From a bacterium (GTDB lineage Bacteria > Patescibacteriota > UBA1384 > 2-12-FULL-50-11), in contig JAJTYJ010000003.1 of the NCBI GenBank assembly GCA_021463485.1, forward strand, positions 23,292 to 87,291: DNA of 64,000 bases. Direction: 5' to 3'. Positions 1 through 8,075 of the stretch are shown here, in pieces (the stretch's first letter is position 1; every line of letters begins with the position of its first letter). The notes under the pieces were generated by a model that did no database searches, was not told the origin of the DNA, and worked only from the letters and a program-made list of their open reading frames with translations. The translations under genes and the position numbers were made by a program.

Positions 1-35
1 GATTATCCGGCTCGTGCGAATTCTGTAGGGCTTCC

Positions 36-67
36 GGGCGACACAACGTTGTGTCGCCCATTTTTTA
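36..67 (+). terminator. Rho-independent terminator (GC hairpin gggcgacacaacgttgtgtcgccc + T-run) closing an upstream gene outside the window
   Basis: Perfect 9-bp inverted repeat followed by TTTTTTAT, seen directly in sequence. Confidence 0.6.
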
Positions 68-114
68 TCTAATTTATGGAAAAAAACAGGTTTGTACTGT
101 AAAATTATCACGTT

Positions 115-188
115 GCGCCTGTAGCTCAGCGGATTAGAGTACTTGTCTTCGGAACAAGGGGTCGCAGGTTCGAATCCTGCCAGGCGCG
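115..188 (+). tRNA. tRNA-Arg (anticodon TCG)
   Basis: Cloverleaf: acceptor GCGCCTG/CAGGCGC, D-arm GCTCAGCGGATTAGAGT, anticodon stem CTTGT/ACAAG with loop CTTCGGA (anticodon TCG), T-arm GGTTCGAATCC; no encoded CCA. Confidence 0.85.
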
Positions 189-244
189 CAGTAGAAAAAA
201 ACAATTAACTAAATTATGATCGACTCAGATCCAGGAGGATTTAC

Positions 245-871
245 ATGCCCCTTATTATAGGAGTTGAACACGATCGGATAATTCGACGTCTTGTGGAAAG
301 TGGAGTGATTTTATCGGGTCACTTTGAACTTCATTCCGGTCGTCATAGCGATCGGTACCTCGATAAGCGATTGTTCATGCAAGAGCTAGTTGAGGAATAC
401 GACCAGTTTTGTGCGTTAATTGCTGATCGAATCGTTACTGAGGGTTACAGCGCGATTATAGCCCCGGAAGCGGCTGGGATGATGGTGGCGGAACGGGTTC
501 TTGGACATATTCGATCACGCAGTTACAAAGTTGGTTACGCACCGGCGTATAAAACTGACAACGGTTTTGTGATCGAATCTAACTACAAGCGAGAGATCGC
601 CGGACGGTGTGTCGCTGTTATCGAGGACGTAATTACGACTGGCGACACAGCGGTAAAAGCTGCTCAGCTTGCCCGTTCGATGGGCGCTAGCGTCAACTCT
701 GTTTACTGTTTGTTCGAGCGCGGAACTCACCGACGGATCGGTGGCATACCGATTCATCCCGTGGTCAACGTAGAGCTGTCAGACTGGACACCGCCGTGTC
801 GACTCTGCGAGCAGGGAATCCCGCTTTCACCGAAGCCAATGGGCGGCTCGCAACTTGCCCTTAGCGACTAA
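245..871 (+). CDS. Type I phosphoribosyltransferase, orotate phosphoribosyltransferase-like (PyrE family) with a C-terminal CxxC-containing extension
   Basis: RBS AGGAGG 8 nt upstream; N-terminal GHFELHSGRHS resembles OPRTase GEFxLxSGxxS; PRPP-binding motif VIEDVITTGDT. Confidence 0.6.
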   Translation: MPLIIGVEHDRIIRRLVESGVILSGHFELHSGRHSDRYLDKRLFMQELVEEYDQFCALIADRIVTEGYSAIIAPEAAGMMVAERVLGHIRSRSYKVGYAPAYKTDNGFVIESNYKREIAGRCVAVIEDVITTGDTAVKAAQLARSMGASVNSVYCLFERGTHRRIGGIPIHPVVNVELSDWTPPCRLCEQGIPLSPKPMGGSQLALSD

Positions 872-896
872 CCCGCCGTTGGCGGGTACTTTTTTA
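872..896 (+). terminator. Rho-independent terminator after PRTase gene
   Basis: cccgcc-gtt-ggcggg hairpin followed by T-run. Confidence 0.6.
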
Positions 897-961
897 CTTG
901 CTTCTAGTATCTGGCTGTGTTTCTATTGGGTTCGAACCGATTCGTCGGTTGTGGAGGGAAA

Positions 962-1990
962 ATGTCTGTTATCGAGTTTGATCGCGAGCGAGCGATAGTT
1001 ATCTTTCGCGATCTTGCCGCTCGGTGGCAGAATCGCGAAGCGCCCTTTAATACCGAAAAGTTTATCTCACCAGAACGGAAGTACCACCCCAAAGGAGTGA
1101 CAGTGGGCTCAATCGAGCACGCTCAGTTCCTGTTCTTTAGCGGCTGGCTCAATAGAAACGGCAAAACTGCTACCGAGCTGTTTCGTGATGCTCGGAACAT
1201 CGCAGAGCAGTCACCGTGGATTATTGATCCGCGCGACTCGCGAAGCTTAGAGCGTGAGCGGTTTGACCTTCTAGAGAGGGTAATACCGTTCGCTAGCCAC
1301 GAGAAGTACACCGCACGAGTTGACTGGTGGTACCGAGACTGTATGGGGCTGTTACGAGATTTCTACGAGAGTGATCCGAGGAACATCTTTGTAACGGCAG
1401 AACTTTCTGGCGACTGGCGGGCTGATCGAGATTTGCTGCTGAAGCGGCTAATGTCGTTTTTTGGCACCGGACCAAAGATCGCCCAGCTAATTATGCTCTT
1501 CTTCCAGGAAGTTGATTGGCTGGACAATCACCAACATCGTTGGGAAGCAGTTCGTCGAGTACCGTCGATTGCGGCCGACATGTGGGTGATGAGACTCATG
1601 CGTCAACTAAATATCGTAGTAAGCTGGGAATCGGACATATCGACAAAGATTAGTTCTGAAATCTCAGATTTTATCTGCGAGATTTGTTTTGACGAGAGCA
1701 TCCCACACACTCACCTCATTCAAGCGCTCTGGCATACCGGTGCCGTGATTTGCGGTCGGATGCGACCAAAAGACCAGACGGTTGCTCGACCGTTCTGTCA
1801 TAACATTTGTCCAGTTGGAAAGAGCTGTGTAGGGATCGTTCCGGCCAATTACGTAAGTAACGGCAGGCTCTCGCTCTACGCTACGAAAAATGGCAAGCAA
1901 CGTACCACACAGCGGCTGGCAAGTCTTCGCTACGACGAGATAAGACCGCATCCGTTAACGTTCGACGACCTCTGGCATGACCCAGAATAA
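962..1990 (+). CDS. HhH-GPD superfamily DNA glycosylase-like protein with C-terminal Cys4 (putative 4Fe-4S) cluster; long unassigned N-terminal region. Alternative GTG start at 917
   Basis: Helix-hairpin-helix GxG motif FFGTGPKIAQLI, Asp ~20 aa downstream (AADMWVMRL), and C-terminal cluster C-x14-C-x3-C-x5-C (CGRMRPKDQTVARPFCHNICPVGKSC) reminiscent of, but spaced differently from, Nth/MutY; GGAGGG RBS before ATG 962. Confidence 0.45.
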   Translation: MSVIEFDRERAIVIFRDLAARWQNREAPFNTEKFISPERKYHPKGVTVGSIEHAQFLFFSGWLNRNGKTATELFRDARNIAEQSPWIIDPRDSRSLERERFDLLERVIPFASHEKYTARVDWWYRDCMGLLRDFYESDPRNIFVTAELSGDWRADRDLLLKRLMSFFGTGPKIAQLIMLFFQEVDWLDNHQHRWEAVRRVPSIAADMWVMRLMRQLNIVVSWESDISTKISSEISDFICEICFDESIPHTHLIQALWHTGAVICGRMRPKDQTVARPFCHNICPVGKSCVGIVPANYVSNGRLSLYATKNGKQRTTQRLASLRYDEIRPHPLTFDDLWHDPE

Positions 1991-2016
1991 GCCGGCCACA
2001 AGCCGGCTATTTTTTA
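1991..2016 (+). terminator. Rho-independent terminator
   Basis: gccggc-cacaa-gccggc hairpin + TATTTTTTAT. Confidence 0.6.
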
Positions 2017-2089
2017 TTTGACACGCAATTTTTTTGACTGTACGACGAGTATAGGGGATCGTCAGTTCTTTAACCTACAGGAGGGTAAT

Positions 2090-3325
2090 TTGTCAGATTC
2101 TACAGCTATCGTTCGCGGAGAACCGGGGTTTGTCGACCCCTTCAACGTCTGTGTTTTCCGCCAAGTCCGCGATGGCGAGGAATCACACTACCAGGGGATC
2201 ACGGAGCTTGCAGAGAGTATAGCCGGGAACCATTTGCTGACTCCCCTCACAATTTGTGTTTGGGACGAAGCTACAACCGAACAGTACGCGCAACTGATTA
2301 AGCAGATATTCAACGGCGACGGGGGCTTCGTTTTTGAAGCGAAACAACCGTACGCCGACGGAAAGAATCGAGTCTTAGTTGCCGGCCACCGTCGGCGACA
2401 AGCGCTCCATCGATTGCGGTTTGAGGGTAGCGATGTCTATCGACAGAACTTTCCCGAGCAATCGAGCGAGGAATGCTTCCTTGATCAGTTCAAAGGAGAT
2501 CGGAATCATCCGTTGCCCGGCTTTGTGCCGGCGATGATCTACACCGATATTCCAGCCGAGCGAGGCGTGAGTCTCCAGCTCGAAGAGAACATCAACCGTC
2601 GCAATATCTCATCGCCCACTCAAGCAAAAGCGATTAAAGGTCTCTACGATCTAAAAGCGCTGCAGCAAGGGGATGCGAGTCTCAGTATGGCTGAGTTTGC
2701 ACGGCAGAGTCAGATAAGTCTCAACGTCGTTCGCGACGCGCTTCGCTTCTGCGAACTGCCGAAATCTATCCGCTATGCGGTAGAAAACGGCGCGTTCAAA
2801 TGGAGTTGCGCGCTTGAGCTGACGGTGATTCACCGGATGTTACGCGAGCGACCGAAACCAGACGGCACCATGCGTGATGCGAAGGAAATCGAGTACACGC
2901 TACTCTCGCTCTCAGCGAGTGAAGCGGCCTCGAAAAATCTCCAAGCGTTTCGCAAGTACTTACAGACTTGGGTTACCGAAGTGCTTGGACAGCTGGTAAT
3001 GTTCGAGGAACTCGCGCTAACTCCTCAACAGATCGCCACCCAACTCTTGGGCGACGAGATGGTTCGAGGGAGCGCTGAGCACACGATCTTTTTGCAGCGC
3101 GTCACGTACGCGCTCAGAAACGGCTGGATCAAGGATGGTAAACTGGTGCCGCTTCATCGTCACGAAGCGAGAAAAGCGATCGCAGCGATACTCGCCGAAC
3201 AGCGAGCGTTGCTGCCGATGCTGCAGCTCGTGCTCGATCAAGCAACTGCCGAGGAACTGGAAAACCTTTGCACTGACAGTCAGAAAGCGCTGGACGCGGT
3301 TTCTGCTTTAGCCGTCAATTCCTAA
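2090..3325 (+). CDS. ParB/Spo0J-like protein (ParB N-terminal nuclease/CTPase-like domain + HTH); orphan, no parA adjacent. ORF open from 2018; TTG 2090 follows AGGAGGG RBS
   Basis: ParB-box-like VLVAGHRRRQALHRL (GxRRxxA motif), downstream HTH region SMAEFARQSQISLNVVRDALRFCELPKSIRYAVENGAF typical of ParB. Confidence 0.6.
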   Translation: MSDSTAIVRGEPGFVDPFNVCVFRQVRDGEESHYQGITELAESIAGNHLLTPLTICVWDEATTEQYAQLIKQIFNGDGGFVFEAKQPYADGKNRVLVAGHRRRQALHRLRFEGSDVYRQNFPEQSSEECFLDQFKGDRNHPLPGFVPAMIYTDIPAERGVSLQLEENINRRNISSPTQAKAIKGLYDLKALQQGDASLSMAEFARQSQISLNVVRDALRFCELPKSIRYAVENGAFKWSCALELTVIHRMLRERPKPDGTMRDAKEIEYTLLSLSASEAASKNLQAFRKYLQTWVTEVLGQLVMFEELALTPQQIATQLLGDEMVRGSAEHTIFLQRVTYALRNGWIKDGKLVPLHRHEARKAIAAILAEQRALLPMLQLVLDQATAEELENLCTDSQKALDAVSALAVNS

Positions 3326-3359
3326 CCCGTTTCTCCGTTCGGAGAGCGGGTATTTTTTT
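3326..3359 (+). terminator. Rho-independent terminator
   Basis: cccgtttctcc...ggagagcggg hairpin followed by TATTTTTTT. Confidence 0.6.
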
Positions 3360-3381
3360 ACTTCTCTGGTATTATGCAACT

Positions 3382-3666
3382 ATGGATCAGCAGGAAAAAG
3401 ACAGGATTTTAGATCGCCTTGTTAACTCAATCGAAAAAGCTTACCATCGCCCTGGTCGCTTGATGTGGCGAGGTTTTCTTATTGGGCTAGCTTCAGGTAT
3501 CGGCGGGACGCTCGGAATTGCGCTCGTTATAATAATGCTAACATTGCTCGTTGGGAAGCTCGGCGGAATACCGGTTATAGGCGAGGCTCTAAGGGATTTA
3601 CTTGATATTATTAATCGAGGGGCGGATACGCAGTCGTTTATCCAGTACGTACGACTACTCGTTTAA
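3382..3666 (+). CDS. Small membrane protein, hypothetical
   Basis: 94 aa ORF with central hydrophobic Gly-rich TM segment; stop overlaps start of next gene (TAATG). Confidence 0.5.
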   Translation: MDQQEKDRILDRLVNSIEKAYHRPGRLMWRGFLIGLASGIGGTLGIALVIIMLTLLVGKLGGIPVIGEALRDLLDIINRGADTQSFIQYVRLLV

Positions 3667-4283
3667 TGGCAGACTGGATTATTGATTTTATTTCTACTGG
3701 AGGTTATCCGGCGATCGCGGCGTTGATGCTGCTTGAGACAATCTTTCCGCCGATTCCGTCGGAACTAGTGGTACCATTTGCTGGATTTGCAGCCGCCCAA
3801 GGACGTCTCGATATCTGGCTGGTTGTGATCTCAGCCTTTGTTGGCTCTGTCTCAGGAGCGTTAGTGTTGTACTGGGTTGGAAAACTAATTAAAGACGAGA
3901 AACTAGAGCAATTCGTTCAAAAACACGGACGTTGGCTAACGTTAGATGTCGATGACTTACGAAAGTCTCGTCGATGGTTTGATCGTTATAGTCGAACTGC
4001 GGTGCTGTTTGGGAGACTCATTCCGGCAATTCGATCTCTTATTTCGATACCAGCTGGCATTACTAAAATGAGTATAGTGTCTTTCTTTATATTCTCGGCG
4101 ATCGGTACCGCTGTCTGGTCGTCGGTGCTGGCTTGGACCGGGTACCTACTTGGACAAGATTACGAACGAATTCGCCACATCATCGACCCAGTAACGTCGA
4201 TCATTGTCCTATTAGTTGTTGTAATCTATTTGTATCGACTAATTTTTCCTAGGCGTAAATCTGGATCAGCTGTAACAGATTAG
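3666..4283 (+). CDS. DedA / TVP38-TMEM64 (SNARE-associated) family membrane protein
   Basis: Multi-TM 205 aa protein with DedA signature region LLETIFPPIPSELVVPFAG and GRLIPAIRSLISIPAG. Confidence 0.75.
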   Translation: MADWIIDFISTGGYPAIAALMLLETIFPPIPSELVVPFAGFAAAQGRLDIWLVVISAFVGSVSGALVLYWVGKLIKDEKLEQFVQKHGRWLTLDVDDLRKSRRWFDRYSRTAVLFGRLIPAIRSLISIPAGITKMSIVSFFIFSAIGTAVWSSVLAWTGYLLGQDYERIRHIIDPVTSIIVLLVVVIYLYRLIFPRRKSGSAVTD

Positions 4284-4307
4284 GTATAATTTTATTTGCT
4301 AGATATT

Positions 4308-4382
4308 GGGGCATTAGTTCAGTGGCAGAACAACGGACTCTTAATCCGTGTGTCAGTGGTTCGAATCCACTATGCCCCACCA
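4308..4382 (+). tRNA. tRNA-Lys (anticodon CTT), CCA encoded
   Basis: Acceptor GGGGCAT/ATGCCCC, anticodon stem ACGGA/TCCGT loop CTCTTAA, T-arm GGTTCGAATCC, 3' ACCA. Confidence 0.85.
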
Positions 4383-4483
4383 TTAAATACTGTTAATAAC
4401 CGTTGATATACTACTAATGGCGGAGTATAATTTGCTCCACTCCTGGTTAGACCAGGCGTAGATTACATACAGGAGGTTAACAT

Positions 4484-5416
4484 GTGGTGGAAAAACTCCC
4501 TAGAATCGTAGTTGAGAAGCAAGGGTCGCATTCCGAGAACCCGCCGAAGGGTATCGAAATTCCGATCCGTGATGCGTTAGCGCGTCACGGCTTCACGGAA
4601 GGTAGTTGGTGTATGAAAGTTCGCATGGTGCACGCTCGTGGCGAAAGCCATAGCTATCGCGGTGCACACTTCAAAAGCCTTCGGAATTACGCTCGTAACG
4701 TCATCGACGTTGTGTCTCAGCCGGGCGCCGCTCATACGGCTTTCCCAGCAGACTTGATTGTCCCGGAGTGTTACGACGCAACTCACGTTCTCAACACGGT
4801 TCGACAGATCAACACCCTTGATCCGAACAAAGACGAGGACCTGGAGATGCTCAAGAAAGCATCGCAGTTCGACGTCGGCGCTTCTGCTAAGAGGCGCAGC
4901 AACGAACCTATCGCGTCAGTCCGTCGAAGCAACGAAGCGCGACAACAACGGATCGCCAAGTTCCTCGATAAGCCAAAAAACATCGACGCAGTCGGAGTAG
5001 TGATCCAGCGAGAATCTCTCAACGGTTCCGTTCCGATCAGCGTCCTGGATAAGGCGATCCGGGAAACGCTGCCATTTCAAATCTCAAGAGATGAGTTAGC
5101 GAGTACGCGAGCGATCTTCGTCTTAAACGAGGATCTTCTGCAGCCAGGTGATGGCGTGTACCACCTCTCCGAACGCGGCCAACTCTGGATCGAGAGCTTA
5201 CGTCAGCGTGAGCGCGACAACGAAGCGTTAGCGCAGCAAATGCAGCAGCAGCTTCTTTGGCGGCAGCTTGAGAAATGCGAACGCAGCCTTCGACAGTTCG
5301 ACGAACGGGTCGAGGCCGAGCGATCGTCGAGGCTTGAGACCATTCAACGACTCAAATCACAACTCGGGATTTCCGAGCAAGGAAGTGACGAACATGTATT
5401 GGTGTTGATGAGCTAA
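4484..5416 (+). CDS. Hypothetical protein (310 aa) with C-terminal coiled-coil/Gln-rich region; no recognisable domain
   Basis: GTG start 8 nt after AGGAGG; long ORF; sits immediately 3' of tRNA-Lys; appears GC-richer than neighbours by eye. Confidence 0.5.
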   Translation: MVEKLPRIVVEKQGSHSENPPKGIEIPIRDALARHGFTEGSWCMKVRMVHARGESHSYRGAHFKSLRNYARNVIDVVSQPGAAHTAFPADLIVPECYDATHVLNTVRQINTLDPNKDEDLEMLKKASQFDVGASAKRRSNEPIASVRRSNEARQQRIAKFLDKPKNIDAVGVVIQRESLNGSVPISVLDKAIRETLPFQISRDELASTRAIFVLNEDLLQPGDGVYHLSERGQLWIESLRQRERDNEALAQQMQQQLLWRQLEKCERSLRQFDERVEAERSSRLETIQRLKSQLGISEQGSDEHVLVLMS

Positions 5417-5422
5417 CACAAT

Positions 5423-5450
5423 GCCCCAGCTAGTCTGGGGCGTTTATTTT
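5423..5450 (+). terminator. Rho-independent terminator shared by convergent genes
   Basis: gcccca-gctagtc-tggggc hairpin followed by GTTTATTTT. Confidence 0.55.
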
Positions 5451-6110
5451 AATGTATTTACCTGGCTCGATATCGCCAAGCTCAAAGCGACCCAGTCGAG
5501 TGCGCGTTAGCTGTAACACTTCAATTCCGACAGCGGCACAAACACGGCGGACGATATGATTTCGGCCATCATGAATAGTAATAAGAAAATCAATTTTGTT
5601 TTGACGAATTTTACGCAACTCTAAATTATCGATCGTCACTGCACCGTCTTTCAGCTTTATCGGCTGGCGTAGCTTTTCCCAGGCTAGTTCGGGGTTTTTT
5701 GCCGATCCGACAACGTGATACTCTTTTTTATGCTCAAACTTCGGATGAGTAAGTTGATAACACAAATTACCGTCGTTTGTGAGCACTACCAACCCCATCG
5801 TTTCGGCGTCTAGTCGACCGCACGGGAAGACACGGGGGATGCTCGGCACGAGACTCGTAACGGTCGGTCGATTCTGAGGATCATTAGCGGTCGTTATCAC
5901 CCCTTTTGGTTTATTAAGTAGATATACCACCGGCTGATCACTGAGTGTGAGTAACTTATTGTTAAGTGTGACGTTGTCGTTTTCATTAATTTCGGTTGCA
6001 AGATTAGTGCAAACCGCTCCGTTTATTTTTACCTGCCCGCTAATAATAAGCTCATCTGCTTTTCGGCGAGAAAACTCGGTGGTACTGGCGATAAATTTAT
6101 TAATTCTCAT
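5430..6110 (-). CDS. 16S/23S rRNA pseudouridine synthase, RsuA/RluB family (S4 domain + pseudouridine synthase catalytic domain)
   Basis: N-terminal S4-like MRINKFIA...RRKADELIISGQVKING and catalytic motif PCGRLDAETMGLVVLTNDG (conserved Asp); likely start at Met13 of the track ORF. Confidence 0.8.
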   Translation of the reverse strand: MRINKFIASTTEFSRRKADELIISGQVKINGAVCTNLATEINENDNVTLNNKLLTLSDQPVVYLLNKPKGVITTANDPQNRPTVTSLVPSIPRVFPCGRLDAETMGLVVLTNDGNLCYQLTHPKFEHKKEYHVVGSAKNPELAWEKLRQPIKLKDGAVTIDNLELRKIRQNKIDFLITIHDGRNHIVRRVCAAVGIEVLQLTRTRLGRFELGDIEPGKYIKINAPD

Positions 6111-6195
6111 TACGCTCGAATTATTGTTATTGTTCTCCAAATACACTACAACTGAAACATATGATTTTACAAATAGCTAAGGTTGAGGAGGAAAA

Positions 6196-6828
6196 ATGAG
6201 CGGAGAAGGAAAGTTCTTTGGAATTGTGGCAATCGTTGCCATTGTAATAGTTGGCTTAGTCGTTATCTTTTCACGAGGCGGCGAAAAAGTAGTTGACGTC
6301 TCGGGCGGTGAAGCCTACAAAATTGGTCCAGACGACGCCAAAGTAAAGATTATCGCATTCGAAGATTTTCAATGTCCGGCTTGCAAAGCTGCTGAGCCAG
6401 CGCTTCGTCAAATGGTCAAGGATTATCCGACAACCGTTCAGTTTGTGTTTCGTCATTTCCCGCTTCCGATCCACCCCAACGCCGAGGAAGCAGCACTCGC
6501 CGCTGAGGCGGCTGGGGTTCAGGGTAAATTTTGGGAGATGAAAGAGTTGATCTACGATACTCAGGAAAACTGGTCAACGATGTCTAACCCCGACAACTAT
6601 TTCGGTGATTTAGCAAAAGAGCTCGGGCTAGATCTCGACAAATTTAAGGATAGTTACCGTTCAGATAGTTTAAAGCAAAAAATTAAAGCTGATATTAACG
6701 CCGCTGGAGCGGCGCAAGTTAACCAGACCCCAACATTTTTTGTTAATGGGAAGAGGGTAACCGGTGCGCAATCGCTAGATGACTGGAAGAAGTTAATCGA
6801 CGAAGCGTCGAGTACGCCTACAGAGTAA
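6196..6828 (+). CDS. Thiol:disulfide oxidoreductase, DsbA-like thioredoxin-fold protein with N-terminal TM anchor
   Basis: CxxC active site FQCPACKAAEP, RBS GAGGAGG upstream. Confidence 0.7.
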   Translation: MSGEGKFFGIVAIVAIVIVGLVVIFSRGGEKVVDVSGGEAYKIGPDDAKVKIIAFEDFQCPACKAAEPALRQMVKDYPTTVQFVFRHFPLPIHPNAEEAALAAEAAGVQGKFWEMKELIYDTQENWSTMSNPDNYFGDLAKELGLDLDKFKDSYRSDSLKQKIKADINAAGAAQVNQTPTFFVNGKRVTGAQSLDDWKKLIDEASSTPTE

Positions 6829-6834
6829 ATCGGT

Positions 6835-7608
6835 ATGCAGCTTGAGTCGAAGCAGCTTTTGCTGTCTAAAAATAACGAGCTCGAGCAGCTGCGATCGAAC
6901 TGGAAAAGTCCTCCTGGGATAGCGTTAATCTGGGTTGGTGACGATCAGCAAACTGCTGCGTTTGTTCGGGTTAAACAACGAAAAGCTAAAGAGCTTTCTT
7001 GTGTATTTATGCTTCATCGCTTCCCAACCATAACCGATCGTCAGCTAAGTGCTGTAATAAACAGTTTGAACGCACGTAAAGATATACACGGTATCGTACT
7101 ACAGCTACCACTGCCAAAGAATGTCGACACCGATCGGGCAATTATGGAAATCGCTTCCCAAAAAGACATCGATGGCTTGCGCAGCGATAGTCGACTAACG
7201 GCGCCAACCGCTCAAGGAATTGTAGAGTTGTTAAAGAATAACAATGTAGATTTGCGGAACTTGAAGACCGTAATATTAGGTGACGGTCGCTTGGTTGGGC
7301 ATCCACTTGCAGAGATTTTCAAGGAAAAGAATTGGGACTTTACTCAATACTCAACTGATGCCAAGCGACACAGTGCTGAAATCCGGTCGCACGACGTGCT
7401 AATTTCTGCAACGGGACAGAATGGGTTGGTAAGTGCGGAGATGGTTCATAAAGATATGGTGGTAGTTGATGGCTCGGGAGTTGACGTTGATATTGAAGTA
7501 ATTGAACCACTTGTCGCTTCAATTACGCCGAAAAAGGGCGCGATCGGCCCCTTAACGGTTTGTAATTTGTTCGAAAATTTACTTACTTCTTCGTCGCACG
7601 AGGCTTGA
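6835..7608 (+). CDS. folD: Bifunctional methylenetetrahydrofolate dehydrogenase / methenyl-THF cyclohydrolase FolD
   Basis: Motifs IALIWVGDDQQTAAFVRVKQRKAKE, IHGIVLQLPLP, VILGDGRLVGHPLA matching FolD. Confidence 0.8.
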   Translation: MQLESKQLLLSKNNELEQLRSNWKSPPGIALIWVGDDQQTAAFVRVKQRKAKELSCVFMLHRFPTITDRQLSAVINSLNARKDIHGIVLQLPLPKNVDTDRAIMEIASQKDIDGLRSDSRLTAPTAQGIVELLKNNNVDLRNLKTVILGDGRLVGHPLAEIFKEKNWDFTQYSTDAKRHSAEIRSHDVLISATGQNGLVSAEMVHKDMVVVDGSGVDVDIEVIEPLVASITPKKGAIGPLTVCNLFENLLTSSSHEA

Positions 7609-8047
7609 TGACGTTTTCAACTAAACAGGAGGAGTAAGTAACAGTTGCTGTCGAAATCCCAGTTGTCATACATGTATCAACAGCAACTTTCTCAGCAGCG
7701 GTAATCGTACCAAGATCAAAGTTAATTTTGGTAGGATACCTTAAACCCGGAAAACCTTGCTGCCCTATCCAACTACCAATCGTATCGGTATCGAGAATTA
7801 TTGTCGTCGGGATACTTATTGATTTGGCCTTACTGTATAGGTCTGTCTCTTTCCACCCGATACTAACGATACCATTTAGATCGTTTTCGGTACTAACGCC
7901 GGTACTGGTATTAGGTTGTACGGCTGCTGGTAGCATATATGCCTCTAAATTTAAAAGCTGTGCCAGCGAACCTCGAAAGCCAAAACCTACTAATACGCCG
8001 ATCAACAATCCGACTAAACCGATTACAATTACTCTTGGTGTGTTCAT
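7583..8047 (-). CDS. Small secreted/membrane-anchored hypothetical protein
   Basis: N-terminal TM/signal segment, strong RBS AAGGAGGG before ATG; the opposite-strand ORF 7728-8087 has no RBS and poor composition. Confidence 0.5.
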   Translation of the reverse strand: MNTPRVIVIGLVGLLIGVLVGFGFRGSLAQLLNLEAYMLPAAVQPNTSTGVSTENDLNGIVSIGWKETDLYSKAKSISIPTTIILDTDTIGSWIGQQGFPGLRYPTKINFDLGTITAAEKVAVDTCMTTGISTATVTYSSCLVENVIKPRATKK

Positions 8048-8075
8048 ATCCCTCCTTATGTATTATTACTTCTAT

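Noticed and set aside
515-757. Minus-strand 80-aa ORF inside the PRTase gene and similar short antisense ORFs inside housekeeping genes (e.g. 28502-28906 in uvrA, 51734-52108 in gap)
   Set aside because: They are embedded antisense within well-supported conserved genes, with no independent support.
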